From NCBI GenBank assembly GCA_963805975.1, contig CAWDVR010000001.1, positions 640,001-704,000 on the forward strand: a stretch of 64,000 bases of DNA, in the 5' to 3' direction. The DNA comes from an uncultured Acidobacteriota bacterium (lineage in GTDB: Bacteria > Acidobacteriota > Thermoanaerobaculia > Multivoradales > SZUA-115). The translations under genes and the position numbers were made by a program. The stretch's first letter is position 1. Every line of letters starts with the position of its first letter. Positions 28,591 to 39,221 of the stretch are shown piece by piece. The notes beneath the pieces were generated by a model. That model had not been told where the DNA came from and did not search any database. It saw nothing but the letters and a program-made list of their open reading frames with translations.

Positions 28591-30255
28591 ATGCGATCCG
28601 CAGTCCAGAGCTGGCAGTGCTTTGCCGTGATCTTCGCCCTGCTCGCCGCGCCGAGCAGTGCCGCCACCATCAGTGACGAAGCCGGGCGCCTGATCGACCG
28701 CGCCGGGTTCACCGAGCTCCTGGATCTCGAGCTCCACCTCACGCCCGCGGCGGAGGTCGAGACCCTGGGCCAGGAAGTGACGGCCAGCTTCGCGGTCGGT
28801 GAGCGAGGTGAGAGGTCTTACACTCTGAACGGCGAGCGGGTCGGAGAGGCGGAGCTCGCGGCCCACTCCGAGCGTACCAAGCGGGAGTTGCTGGCCAGGG
28901 CGGAGGCACGCGCGCGCCGCGACCAGTCGCGGTTCGAGGCGGCGATCCGGCGAGCCGGGCTCGAGGGCAAGGTCTCGGCCACTGTCGGGCGGGTGCTGCG
29001 AGTGCGGCTCAACCGCGACGAGGCCCGCCGTGCGATCGAGGCGCTCGGCGGCGAGCTGTCCCTGGTCGACCTGCCGCAGGTCCCGCGACTGACGCTCACC
29101 CAGGCGACCACGACCAACACCCAGGGCGCCTTCGAGGCGACCGGCATCGTGCCCTACGCGCACAGCTACGGTTTGAAGGGCTCAGGAGTCGGCGTGTGGC
29201 TCGAGGAGGGCAACTCGCCGGACTCGAGCGACCCGGCGATCAACACCGCCAACCTGCGCTACCTGACCAGCGACCCGGTGCTGGGAGACCACGCGACGCT
29301 CACCACCGTCACGCTCCAGAAGGCGGCCCCGCAAGCGGTGGTCTACTACGGCCACCAGCCGGCCGGCTGTCACCTCTTGTCGAGCATCCTTACCCAAACC
29401 AACCCGCCGATCTACCTCGGTTCGCACTCCTGGAACTGGGGGGACGTGGCCTCGGCCACCTACACCAACTGCTGCGCGGAGTGGGACGACTTCGTCTACG
29501 AGAACCGGCTGCCCATGTTCGTGCCCTCGGGCGGTAGCGCGCCGGACGTCTACACCACCAGCCCCGGCAAAGCGTTCAACGTGGTGGCGGTGGGCGGCGC
29601 GGACACCGATGCCGGCATCATCGACGGCTACTCCGGCTACCTCAACCCCGAGACCGGCGCCATCAAGCCGGACGTCGTCACCCCGGGCACCTGCCTGGCG
29701 ATCAAGCCGGGCCACGACTGCGTAAGCGGCGTCTCGATCGCCACGCCGATCGCCGCCGGCTTCGCGGCCGACATGATCGGCGGCTCCGCCTTCTTCCGCA
29801 ACCAGCCGCAGGTGGTGAAGGCATACCTGGTGGCCGGCGCCACCACCGACATCGAGCCCGGCATCGCCATGGACGGGCCCGGCATGGCCAACTTCCTCCA
29901 CACCTGGTTCTACCGCTGGGGCAAGTGGTGGAACGGCAGCAATGCCTCGTACTTCAACTCCAACCAGGAGATCATCGAGACCACCAACCTAACGGCCGGT
30001 AAGCGCTACCGGGTCGCGATCTCCTGGCTGGTGCCGGGCTCCTACGCGCTGGCCAACAAGAAGCCGAACATGGAGATGTCGCTGACCGTCACCCGCGGCA
30101 CGTCGACCTTCACCAGCAACTACTCGCGGAGCATCTTCCAGTGGGTGGACTTCGTGGCCCCCACCTCTGGCAGCTACACCATCAAGATCAAGCGTACGTT
30201 CAACGCCGGGGTGGGCGACCTGGCCCTGGCGCTGACCGTGGGGGAGGTGGTGTAG
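28591..30255 (+). CDS. Secreted S8 (subtilisin-like) serine peptidase with atypical motifs and a C-terminal PPC-like domain
   Basis: Signal peptide and prodomain; GSGVGVWLEEG, DHATLTT, SPGKAFNVVAVGG, IKPDVVTPG, SGVSIATPIAAG. Confidence 0.7.
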   Translation: MRSAVQSWQCFAVIFALLAAPSSAATISDEAGRLIDRAGFTELLDLELHLTPAAEVETLGQEVTASFAVGERGERSYTLNGERVGEAELAAHSERTKRELLARAEARARRDQSRFEAAIRRAGLEGKVSATVGRVLRVRLNRDEARRAIEALGGELSLVDLPQVPRLTLTQATTTNTQGAFEATGIVPYAHSYGLKGSGVGVWLEEGNSPDSSDPAINTANLRYLTSDPVLGDHATLTTVTLQKAAPQAVVYYGHQPAGCHLLSSILTQTNPPIYLGSHSWNWGDVASATYTNCCAEWDDFVYENRLPMFVPSGGSAPDVYTTSPGKAFNVVAVGGADTDAGIIDGYSGYLNPETGAIKPDVVTPGTCLAIKPGHDCVSGVSIATPIAAGFAADMIGGSAFFRNQPQVVKAYLVAGATTDIEPGIAMDGPGMANFLHTWFYRWGKWWNGSNASYFNSNQEIIETTNLTAGKRYRVAISWLVPGSYALANKKPNMEMSLTVTRGTSTFTSNYSRSIFQWVDFVAPTSGSYTIKIKRTFNAGVGDLALALTVGEVV

Positions 30256-30284
30256 CCACCGGAGGCGCGCGGTGAGCCCGAGGC

Positions 30285-30797
30285 CTACGGCGAGTCCACG
30301 GTCACCTGGCCGCGGATCTCGCCGCTGGAGTAGCGGTCGGTGTGAACGTTCACATAGGCCACGCCCTGGCGCAGGGCGCGCTGGAACCGGAAGAAGTTGC
30401 CGGCCGGCACGCCCTGGGGCCCGGCAGTGGCGACGATATCCGCCGCCGTGATCGTGCCCGAGACAGCGCCGGCCTCGGGGCAGGCTTGCGTACCGGCCGG
30501 GCCGTTGCCCAGGTTCGAGCACAGGAAAGCCATGATGCCGCCATTGACGCCGCGTTGCGCGAAGTGGATGTGGGCCTGGGTGACGGTGCCGCTGGTGCTC
30601 GAGAAGTCGAGCTCCCAGGTCAGTTCGGTGAGGTCTTCGTTCAGAGTGGCCCTGAAGCTGCCTTCGCCAAAGCTCATGATCGCAGGCACCTCTTCGAAGG
30701 AGCGTAGTGCTGCACTGAGCGAGATCGGTTCCTGGGCTCTGGCGGTTCCGGCAGAGGCCAGCAGGCCGACGAGGATGAAGAGGATCGAGCGTCGCAT
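30285..30797 (-). CDS. Secreted CHRD domain protein
   Basis: EEVP, VTQAHIHFAQRGVNGGI, YVNVHT, GEIRGQ. Confidence 0.88.
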   Translation of the reverse strand: MRRSILFILVGLLASAGTARAQEPISLSAALRSFEEVPAIMSFGEGSFRATLNEDLTELTWELDFSSTSGTVTQAHIHFAQRGVNGGIMAFLCSNLGNGPAGTQACPEAGAVSGTITAADIVATAGPQGVPAGNFFRFQRALRQGVAYVNVHTDRYSSGEIRGQVTVDSP

Positions 30798-30884
30798 GGA
30801 ATGCTCCTCCAGTAGTTTGAGAGGCGAGGATGAGCCGCGCCATTGCGGTCGATCTCAGCCGTACCGGCTTAAGATGCACCCCAC

Positions 30885-32381
<1,497 letters not shown>

Positions 32382-32406
32382 CCATTCTCGGCGGGAGCGG
32401 GCAGGG

Positions 32407-33642
32407 TCAGACCTCGCCGACGTCGACGGTGCGCGCGTAGTACCCGGTGTCGAGCCGGCGGGTGCGCACGCGGGGCTCGTCCACGCGCAGCCGGATCTCG
32501 ACCTGCCCAGGAGTGGGCGTGCGCCAGACGTAGCGCCACAACCTCCAGGTGGCGGGAGAGCCCGGTTCGAGGTGATCGACCGGCAGCCAGGGACCCTGCG
32601 CTCCGCAGCGCACGGCGAGCCGCTTCACGGGCCGGTCGCCTCCCCAGAGGATACCCAGCACGCGCAGCTCGAGGCCCCGCGCGGTCTGCCACTTCTCGAC
32701 CCACACCGGCATTGCGGCCGGGTCGATCGCGGCGGGCGCGAAGTCCAGGGCACGCTCGGGCACTCCCTGCTGATGGGTGCGGGCCGCGAACTCGCGCATC
32801 TGGCTGCTCGCCAGCGCATCCGGCCCGACCCAGCGGATGGACCGTACCCACTTGATCGAGGTGCAGCCGTACCAGCCGGGCACGATCAGCCGGACCGGCA
32901 CGCCGTGGTCGGCGGGCAGCGGCCGGCCATCGAGCTCGGTGGCGAAAAACGCCTTCGTGGCAGCGAGTTGCTCGCGGGTGAAGATCCAGCTCGCCCCCGG
33001 GGTCGAGCTGATCGCCGTTGCCGGGTGGAGGTCGAAACCTACGACCTCCACCGCCGCCGCCCGGCGCAACGGGTGCGCACGGTCGAGCACCGCGACGACT
33101 GGCACGCCGCTCCAGCGCGCCGCGCTGAGCAGCCCGAAGCTGTGCTCGGCCGAGTTGCCCGAGCACTCGACGAGATGGGTCCCTCGGGGCCGGGCTCGGC
33201 GCTGTAGCTCCTGGATCCGGACCGTGACCGGCCGGCGGACCAGGCCCACGAGATCGATCTTCCAGCGGCGAGCGTCCTCCAGGCCGTCCGGCTTGAAGGT
33301 GCGGATGAAGAAGCGGTCCGCGGGCACGGCCAGCGACTGCCGATCGAGGGTCGAGAGATCGAAGATCTTCCGCCCCCCGAGGCCCGAGCCGAAGCGCCGC
33401 TCGAGGCTCTCTTGGGGCCCGTCGTTACGCCAGCTCCCCTCGCCGACGAAAGGCAGCATGCCCAGCAGCTCACCCTGGTCGACCGCGGCCGGCGTGCGTG
33501 CGGCACCAGGGGATGACTCTGCGGCAAGCGGCGGCGGGCCGCTCCACTGCCGAGCTGCGGCCAGCACCCCGGCCGCGAGGCAGCCGGCCACGAGCTCGCG
33601 GCGGTTCAGGTGGGCGGTGCCGGGCTCCTCGTCTCGAGGCAC
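32407..33642 (-). CDS. Tat-exported sulfite oxidase family molybdopterin oxidoreductase
   Basis: NRRELVAG Tat-like signal; FFIR, VECSGN (Moco Cys), PLPADHGVPVRLIVPGWYGCTSIKWV. Confidence 0.8.
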   Translation of the reverse strand: MPRDEEPGTAHLNRRELVAGCLAAGVLAAARQWSGPPPLAAESSPGAARTPAAVDQGELLGMLPFVGEGSWRNDGPQESLERRFGSGLGGRKIFDLSTLDRQSLAVPADRFFIRTFKPDGLEDARRWKIDLVGLVRRPVTVRIQELQRRARPRGTHLVECSGNSAEHSFGLLSAARWSGVPVVAVLDRAHPLRRAAAVEVVGFDLHPATAISSTPGASWIFTREQLAATKAFFATELDGRPLPADHGVPVRLIVPGWYGCTSIKWVRSIRWVGPDALASSQMREFAARTHQQGVPERALDFAPAAIDPAAMPVWVEKWQTARGLELRVLGILWGGDRPVKRLAVRCGAQGPWLPVDHLEPGSPATWRLWRYVWRTPTPGQVEIRLRVDEPRVRTRRLDTGYYARTVDVGEV

Positions 33643-33699
33643 GCCCGGCCGCGCTGCAAGCTACGTTCCACGTACGGGATCTGCGCCCGGCATCTCCTC

Positions 33700-36600
33700 C
33701 TAGAGCGGCTCCGAGTTCGGCGTCGGCGTGGCCTGGACCTGCCAGGCGCCGGCGAGGGTGGTGCGCTCGATCGAGGAGCCGCCGGAAGCGTCGCTCACGT
33801 CGGGTGAGTTGGCGCCGCCGGTCTCGTCGATCAGGTTGCTCGAGTTGCTGGTGCCGTAGATCACCGCATCGACCGGCACGGTGGTCGAGGTGAAGAAGGC
33901 GGCGCGCATGTTGAAGAGCGCCACTCCATCGGCCACCGCTCCGCTGTTCTGGAGGTCCGGGTCGAAATCGTAGGACTGGCCGTAGCTCGGGTTGCCGTTG
34001 GCCGAGCTCGAGGTCGGGCCGCCGACCACGAACGTGGCGCCGGAGGCGATCGAGCCGGAGAGCTGCACCCTGCCGCCGTCGGTGTAGTCGTCACCGGCCA
34101 TTCCGAGGCTCATGCTCGACAGATCGACCGTGGCGCCCGAGGCGTTGTAGAGCTCGATCCACTCGACGCCGCCGTCCGCGCCCGTGGGGTCGTACAGCAC
34201 CTCGGAGAGCAGGATCGCGCCCTTCGGAACGGTGAAGGCCGTGCCGTTGACCCGCTTGCCGGGGGAGTAGCGCGTCCCGCCCGAGCCGGAGGCCAGCGTG
34301 TGCTTGACGAGCGGGGTGTGGGTCGAGTCCGGGCTGCGGGTCAGCGACTGGTCGTTGTTGGCGGCCGAGTTGTAGGTCACGGCGTGCACCACCGTGCCGC
34401 CGCCGGTCTTGAGCGTGATGGTGTCGCCGGCGTTGTTGAGCGCCAGGGTGCCGGTGCTGGCGATGAACACCAGGCCGTTGGCCGCCGCGTTGCCGAAGGC
34501 GCCGGTGGGCGTGCCGGCGCCGAACACCACCACCGCCTCGCGCGGCGGCACCACCGTGCTCGCGGCGAAGGTGTGCCGCACTCCCACGAGGTCGGAGATG
34601 GTGTAGCCCGAGATGTCCATGGGCACGTAGCCGGTGTTGACGATCTCGAGGAACTCGTCGTCCTCCACGTCGAGCGCGCTGTCGCCGTTGGCGTCGCCCA
34701 GCGTGGCGTGCGGATCGGCGTGGATCTCGTGGATGAGGAGCGCCGGGTGGTTCACCTCGTCGCTCACGAAGTCGGCCTTGGCGCGGGGCGTCAACTGGTA
34801 GCCGGAGCTGAACGGCGCCCAGGAATCGAACTGCGTCACCAGCGCGATGAGGTCGAAGGTCTGGGTGGGGGAGTCGGCGCCGGGAATGTCCGTGTCCTCG
34901 TCGATCCGCACCGTGACCTGGGTGGCGCCGCCGTTGTCCGTGACCAGCAGATTGCCGCCCCCGCCCTCGGGGATCGTGCCCGAGACCACCGTCAGCCCGT
35001 TGACCCGCACCAGCTTGCCCTCGCGGGCCTCTCCGACCTGCGAGAGGGTGATGACCTCGGGCGACGGCGCGCTGCCGGAGGAGATGAGGGTGTGACCGAA
35101 GTTTCCCCAGTCCTCGGCCGTGTTGAGCTCGGTCTGGCCGGAGAACTGCTCGAGCTCGCCCACGAACTGCACCAGGTCGCCGCGCGCGAGCGTCAGCAGG
35201 TCGCCGTCGAAGATCTGGATGCCGCCCGTCGCGTCCTGCACGAAGGCCTGGGTGACGAAGGTGTGGAAGAGGCCGGGCTCGGCCGTGAGGTTGCCCTCGA
35301 CCCGCGCGCCGTAGCGCTTGGGCACCAGCACGCCGTCGCCGTCGTTCACCTTGAGATCGGCGATGTCCGTCACCCCGGAGTAGTAGCCGTGGGCCGGCGA
35401 CAACGTCACTTGCGTGGCCGAGTCCGTGGCCTCGACGCGGAAGCGCACCTGCGTGCCGTCCGCCTGCGCGGGGATGGTCGCCGAGTAGGTGCCGGAGGAG
35501 AGGCTCATGGTGAGCGCCGTCTGCTCGACGCCGTCCAGCCAGTAGCGCAGGCGGACCGTTACCGCGCCCGCGTCCGCGACGCGGGCCTCGACCTCGACTG
35601 CTTCGCTGTCCTCCGGCACCAGCGGGTCGCGGCCCACTTCGAGGATGGCCGGCGGGAAGTCGCCCGGCGTGCCGGCGCCCGCATCGGCGGGGAAGGCCTG
35701 GCGGCCGAAGCCGCAGGCCGAGAGCTCATAGGAGTCGCCGTCCGAGATCAGCAGCATGGTGCCGGGCTTGCCGAAGGCGCCGTCCACGTCGTCGCAGTCC
35801 GCGATGCCGGCGGCGAGCGTGTCGTCCGAGCGCGCGTCGCCGGGCTTGCTGGCGTTCTGCTGGAAGAAGAGCGGCTCGTTGCCGTCCGTGTCCAGCGTGT
35901 CGAGGAAGCGCTCCACCACCACGGCGCGGGGATGGCCGAAGTCGTTCCCCGCCGAGTTCTGGTTGATCGCGATCTCGGCCTTGAGGCCGGCGAGGAACGT
36001 AGCGTTCGAGCTGGTGTGGCTGCCGTGGTGGTTCACGGTGTAGACGTCCACGTCGCCCACGAACGGCACGACCTCGCTCTCGACATCGGTCACGTCCTCG
36101 GCCGGGTTGCCGGTCAGGTCGCCGCCGATCCACACCTGCACCTCGCCGTACTCGACCACTACCGCGACCGACGCCGAGTTCTCGAACTGCGCCGAGCCCG
36201 AGATGTCCACGTCGCTCGAGTCCGGCAGGTCGCCGTTGACCACGTAGCAGCGCACCGTCACGCCGCCGCCGAGGTCGATCGAGGTCGTCGCCGTGATCGT
36301 GGTGCGGTCGTGGAAGCTCGCGCCGTAGGCGTAGTCCGAATAAGCGAAGCTCCCCGGCGTACCGCCCGTGGTGCCACGGTCGTAGGTGATGGCGCCCCCG
36401 GCCAGCGGCACGAGCTGGAAGACGTGGTCCAGCCGACCGATGTGGTCCTCGTCGTAGTGAGTGGCCACCACGTAGTCGACGCTCGCGGCCACGCCGGCGT
36501 CGATCAGGTCGTTGATGAAGTCCTCGACCACGTCGTCGGCCAGCTTGAGCTCGGTGCCGGCGTCTACCAGCAGCGCCTTGCCGGTGGGCGACACCACCAG

Positions 36601-36729
36601 CGTCGAGCTTCCCTGCTCGATGTCCGGGTAGTAGATGCGCAGATAGTCCGCGGCGGCCGGCGCCGCGGCGAGAGAAAGCGCGAGCACTGCAACCAAGTGA
36701 GTCAGAGATCGGTGGAGTGTTGAGAGCAT
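33700..36729 (-). CDS. Secreted ComEC/Rec2-like MBL-fold hydrolase with Ig-like, OB-like and two lamin-tail domains
   Basis: Signal peptide; DIEQGSSTL, LLVDAG, THYDEDHIG, GGDL, NHHGS, FGHP; LTD motifs LLIHEIHADP...EFLEIVN and LLSEVLYDP...EWIELYN. Confidence 0.78.
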   Translation of the reverse strand: MLSTLHRSLTHLVAVLALSLAAAPAAADYLRIYYPDIEQGSSTLVVSPTGKALLVDAGTELKLADDVVEDFINDLIDAGVAASVDYVVATHYDEDHIGRLDHVFQLVPLAGGAITYDRGTTGGTPGSFAYSDYAYGASFHDRTTITATTSIDLGGGVTVRCYVVNGDLPDSSDVDISGSAQFENSASVAVVVEYGEVQVWIGGDLTGNPAEDVTDVESEVVPFVGDVDVYTVNHHGSHTSSNATFLAGLKAEIAINQNSAGNDFGHPRAVVVERFLDTLDTDGNEPLFFQQNASKPGDARSDDTLAAGIADCDDVDGAFGKPGTMLLISDGDSYELSACGFGRQAFPADAGAGTPGDFPPAILEVGRDPLVPEDSEAVEVEARVADAGAVTVRLRYWLDGVEQTALTMSLSSGTYSATIPAQADGTQVRFRVEATDSATQVTLSPAHGYYSGVTDIADLKVNDGDGVLVPKRYGARVEGNLTAEPGLFHTFVTQAFVQDATGGIQIFDGDLLTLARGDLVQFVGELEQFSGQTELNTAEDWGNFGHTLISSGSAPSPEVITLSQVGEAREGKLVRVNGLTVVSGTIPEGGGGNLLVTDNGGATQVTVRIDEDTDIPGADSPTQTFDLIALVTQFDSWAPFSSGYQLTPRAKADFVSDEVNHPALLIHEIHADPHATLGDANGDSALDVEDDEFLEIVNTGYVPMDISGYTISDLVGVRHTFAASTVVPPREAVVVFGAGTPTGAFGNAAANGLVFIASTGTLALNNAGDTITLKTGGGTVVHAVTYNSAANNDQSLTRSPDSTHTPLVKHTLASGSGGTRYSPGKRVNGTAFTVPKGAILLSEVLYDPTGADGGVEWIELYNASGATVDLSSMSLGMAGDDYTDGGRVQLSGSIASGATFVVGGPTSSSANGNPSYGQSYDFDPDLQNSGAVADGVALFNMRAAFFTSTTVPVDAVIYGTSNSSNLIDETGGANSPDVSDASGGSSIERTTLAGAWQVQATPTPNSEPL

Positions 36730-36744
36730 AGTCGTCACCTCGTG

Positions 36745-36760
36745 TAGTGAAAGTTCACTA
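36745..36760. promoter_or_regulatory. Perfect inverted repeat, putative repressor operator
   Basis: TAGTGAA-AG-TTCACTA, AT-rich in a ~70% GC context, immediately upstream of the RBS of the 36729 gene. Confidence 0.55.
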
Positions 36761-36856
36761 TCCAAGGTGAAGCTGGATGGGGCGAGTGGGACGGCGAAGG
36801 CGTGAGGGGGAAGAGGCGAGGCCACCGAGCGCCTCGGCTCTTCAGGCCGAAACCAG

Positions 36857-37792
36857 CTAGGTCCCGGCCGTCGTTTGCCGGCGGTAGGTTCGCGGGCTGA
36901 CGCCGAACTCGCCGCGGAAGGCGCGGTTGAAGTTCGACAGGTCGCCGAAGCCGCAGTCGAGGGCGACGTCGGTGATCCGCGCCGGTTCGTCCGCCAGCCG
37001 CATCGCCGCTTCCCGCAGCCGCGCCCGCAGGACGTACTGGTGGGGCGTCACGCCGGTCGCGCGCTCGAAGGTGCGGAGGAAGTGATACGGGCTCAAGGCC
37101 GCCTCGCGCGCCAAGCTGCCCAGGGTGAGCGCGGCGTCGGGCCGGCGCTCGATCGCCCGCACGATCCGGGTCACCCGCGCCTCGGCACCGGAGGGAGCGC
37201 CCCTCGGGTCGGGGCCACGGCCGCTCGCGAGCTGCACGGCCTGCGCCGCCAGCCGGACGCCGAGCTCCTCCCAGGGCACGCCGCCGCCTGTCGCCAGGCC
37301 GGCACAGGCCCGCGCCACGAGCGGCGCCAGCCCGCGCAAGGGCGGCAGCCGGAGCGCCCGAAAGCCCGGCGTGCCGGCCGGGGCCCCGGCATCGGCGGCG
37401 AGGCGCTCGAAGTAGGCCGGGGAGTAGCGAAACGAGAGGCAGCGGTCTCCCGCGCCGTGCCGGTGCCCGCACTCGAAGGAGTGGCCCAGGCTGCCGAGCA
37501 GGAGAGATCCGGGCGTCATCAGCTCGCGGCCGGCGGCGGATCGGTACTCGAAGCTCCCCACCGCGACGATGGCGATGGCGACGTCCGCGTGGTGCTCCTC
37601 GAAGGGGCGATCCTCCGGGCCGGAGGTGCAGATCACGTCCTCGACCGCCCAGCTGTCGCCCTGGGCGAGCACCCGCCCCTCGGCCTTGCCCGCGGCGCCG
37701 TCCGCGGCTCGCCGCGCCAGGGCCCGTTCGAGATCGACCGCAATTTTTGCCAAGTAACCGCCTCCGGTGGCGCTGTACCGTGCTTCTAGCAC
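36857..37792 (-). CDS. AraC family transcriptional regulator
   Basis: LSPYHFLRTFERATGVTPHQY, ITDVALDCGFGDLSNFNRAFRGEFGVSP; exact start uncertain. Confidence 0.92.
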   Translation of the reverse strand: MLEARYSATGGGYLAKIAVDLERALARRAADGAAGKAEGRVLAQGDSWAVEDVICTSGPEDRPFEEHHADVAIAIVAVGSFEYRSAAGRELMTPGSLLLGSLGHSFECGHRHGAGDRCLSFRYSPAYFERLAADAGAPAGTPGFRALRLPPLRGLAPLVARACAGLATGGGVPWEELGVRLAAQAVQLASGRGPDPRGAPSGAEARVTRIVRAIERRPDAALTLGSLAREAALSPYHFLRTFERATGVTPHQYVLRARLREAAMRLADEPARITDVALDCGFGDLSNFNRAFRGEFGVSPRTYRRQTTAGT

Positions 37793-37828
37793 GAATGCCC
37801 GGAACCCTCAACCACGTCAACGGAGGTC

Positions 37829-38335
37829 ATGATGAGCACGGCCCTGAGCACCAAGACCGAGATTCCCAACCACCTGGACGTCAGTGTGTACGCGCGGCTC
37901 CTCGAGGAGGGGTACGGACCGGGGGCCTGGCACGGCGCCGATCTGCGGGCCGCTCTCGCCGACGTGACGCCGGAGCTCGCCTTCTGGCGGCCCGCCCCCG
38001 GACGCCACAACATTGCGGAGATCGCCCTCCACCACGCCTACTGCGCGCGCTCCGTCCGCGCCCGGCTCTCGGGCAAGACGCCGGAGCCGTTCGTGATGGA
38101 GGGCGATGACTGGTTCGAGATTGCCGACGCGGCCACTCTCTCCTGGCCCAAGATCCTCGGCGTGGTGGATGCGGAGCAGGAGCGCCTGGCCGCCGTGATC
38201 GCGGGCCTCGGCAAGGACCGGAAAGAGGGCGGCCTGCCGGAGGCCGAGCGCTTCGACCTCGTGCTCGGCATCACCTGCCACGCCGTCTACCACGCTGGCC
38301 AGGTGCAGCTCACGAAGCGACTGGGGGTGGAATAG
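37829..38335 (+). CDS. DinB family protein
   Basis: AWHG, RHNIAEIALH, HAVYHAGQV; divergent from the AraC gene; GGAGG RBS. Confidence 0.8.
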   Translation: MMSTALSTKTEIPNHLDVSVYARLLEEGYGPGAWHGADLRAALADVTPELAFWRPAPGRHNIAEIALHHAYCARSVRARLSGKTPEPFVMEGDDWFEIADAATLSWPKILGVVDAEQERLAAVIAGLGKDRKEGGLPEAERFDLVLGITCHAVYHAGQVQLTKRLGVE

Positions 38336-38350
38336 CCCGGTGAGGCCTGT

Positions 38351-39013
38351 TTACCCCGGGCCTGCTTCCTGGCCCTCTTCCGAGGGCCCGATCGGCTTGC
38401 TCTCCTCGATCGTGACCCGTGTGCCATAGAGCTGGGCCACGGCCGAGCCGGTCGGCTTGCCCGACGAGTCGGTCAGGAAGAAGTCGATGTTGCCCGTCGT
38501 CGCCTGATAGACCGATCCGATCTCGGGCCACTCGTCGATGTCCGCTTCGATCACGATCGGATTGCTGTTCACCATCGTCAGCCCCATGGCGGTGACTTGC
38601 AGGAACAGGCGGATCTTGCTGTGCACGGGAAAGACCGCGGCGCTCGAGGTCGTCTCGTGCACGCCGATGATCGGCAGGTTCGGGTTCTTGACGATCACCA
38701 CCGTGCCCACCGAGGTGCCGGTGAACGTACCCTGCAGGAAGTCGAACGAGTTGGTGAACTCCCAGGTGCCAGAGCTGTCGACGGGCAACTGGGTCTCGCA
38801 CTGGGCGTGCGCCTTGGAATGGGTGACGAGCTGGATCGGCGCCGCGTCCCCACCGAGCACCACCAGATTGGTTTCGATCAAGGCGTCGATCTCGGTCACC
38901 GTGCCGCCGGCCGGGAGCGGATCGTTCACCGCCGCCACCGAGGGCAGCGCCACGGAAACGAGCAAGGCAAGAGAGAAAACAAGGCTCAACCTCTGTCGAA
39001 CACGATCCATCAC
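38351..39013 (-). CDS. Secreted hypothetical beta-rich protein
   Basis: Signal peptide; AAGGAGG RBS; FPVHSKIRLFLQV...NSNPIVIEADIDEWPEIG. Confidence 0.65.
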   Translation of the reverse strand: MMDRVRQRLSLVFSLALLVSVALPSVAAVNDPLPAGGTVTEIDALIETNLVVLGGDAAPIQLVTHSKAHAQCETQLPVDSSGTWEFTNSFDFLQGTFTGTSVGTVVIVKNPNLPIIGVHETTSSAAVFPVHSKIRLFLQVTAMGLTMVNSNPIVIEADIDEWPEIGSVYQATTGNIDFFLTDSSGKPTGSAVAQLYGTRVTIEESKPIGPSEEGQEAGPG

Positions 39014-39221
39014 TGCGTTCCTCCTTGATTGCGGCCGGGCCAGAGGAAGACTGGCCGTCGCGAAATACCACCAACAGAGGTGTTCCCTGCTCTCAGGGAG
39101 GGGACACTCGGGTGCTCGGCCTGCGACAAGTGCTGGTCGGCCTGCCGAAACGCCTGGCGGATGGAACTTTCAGACCGGACGACTCGTCTCTCCAGAGTCG
39201 CAGGCTGGAAGGAGGATGCGC

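Noticed and set aside
38538-39221. N-terminal extension of the 706-aa serine hydrolase ORF
   Set aside because: It overlaps the opposite-strand gene; a strong RBS and signal peptide place the start at 39222.
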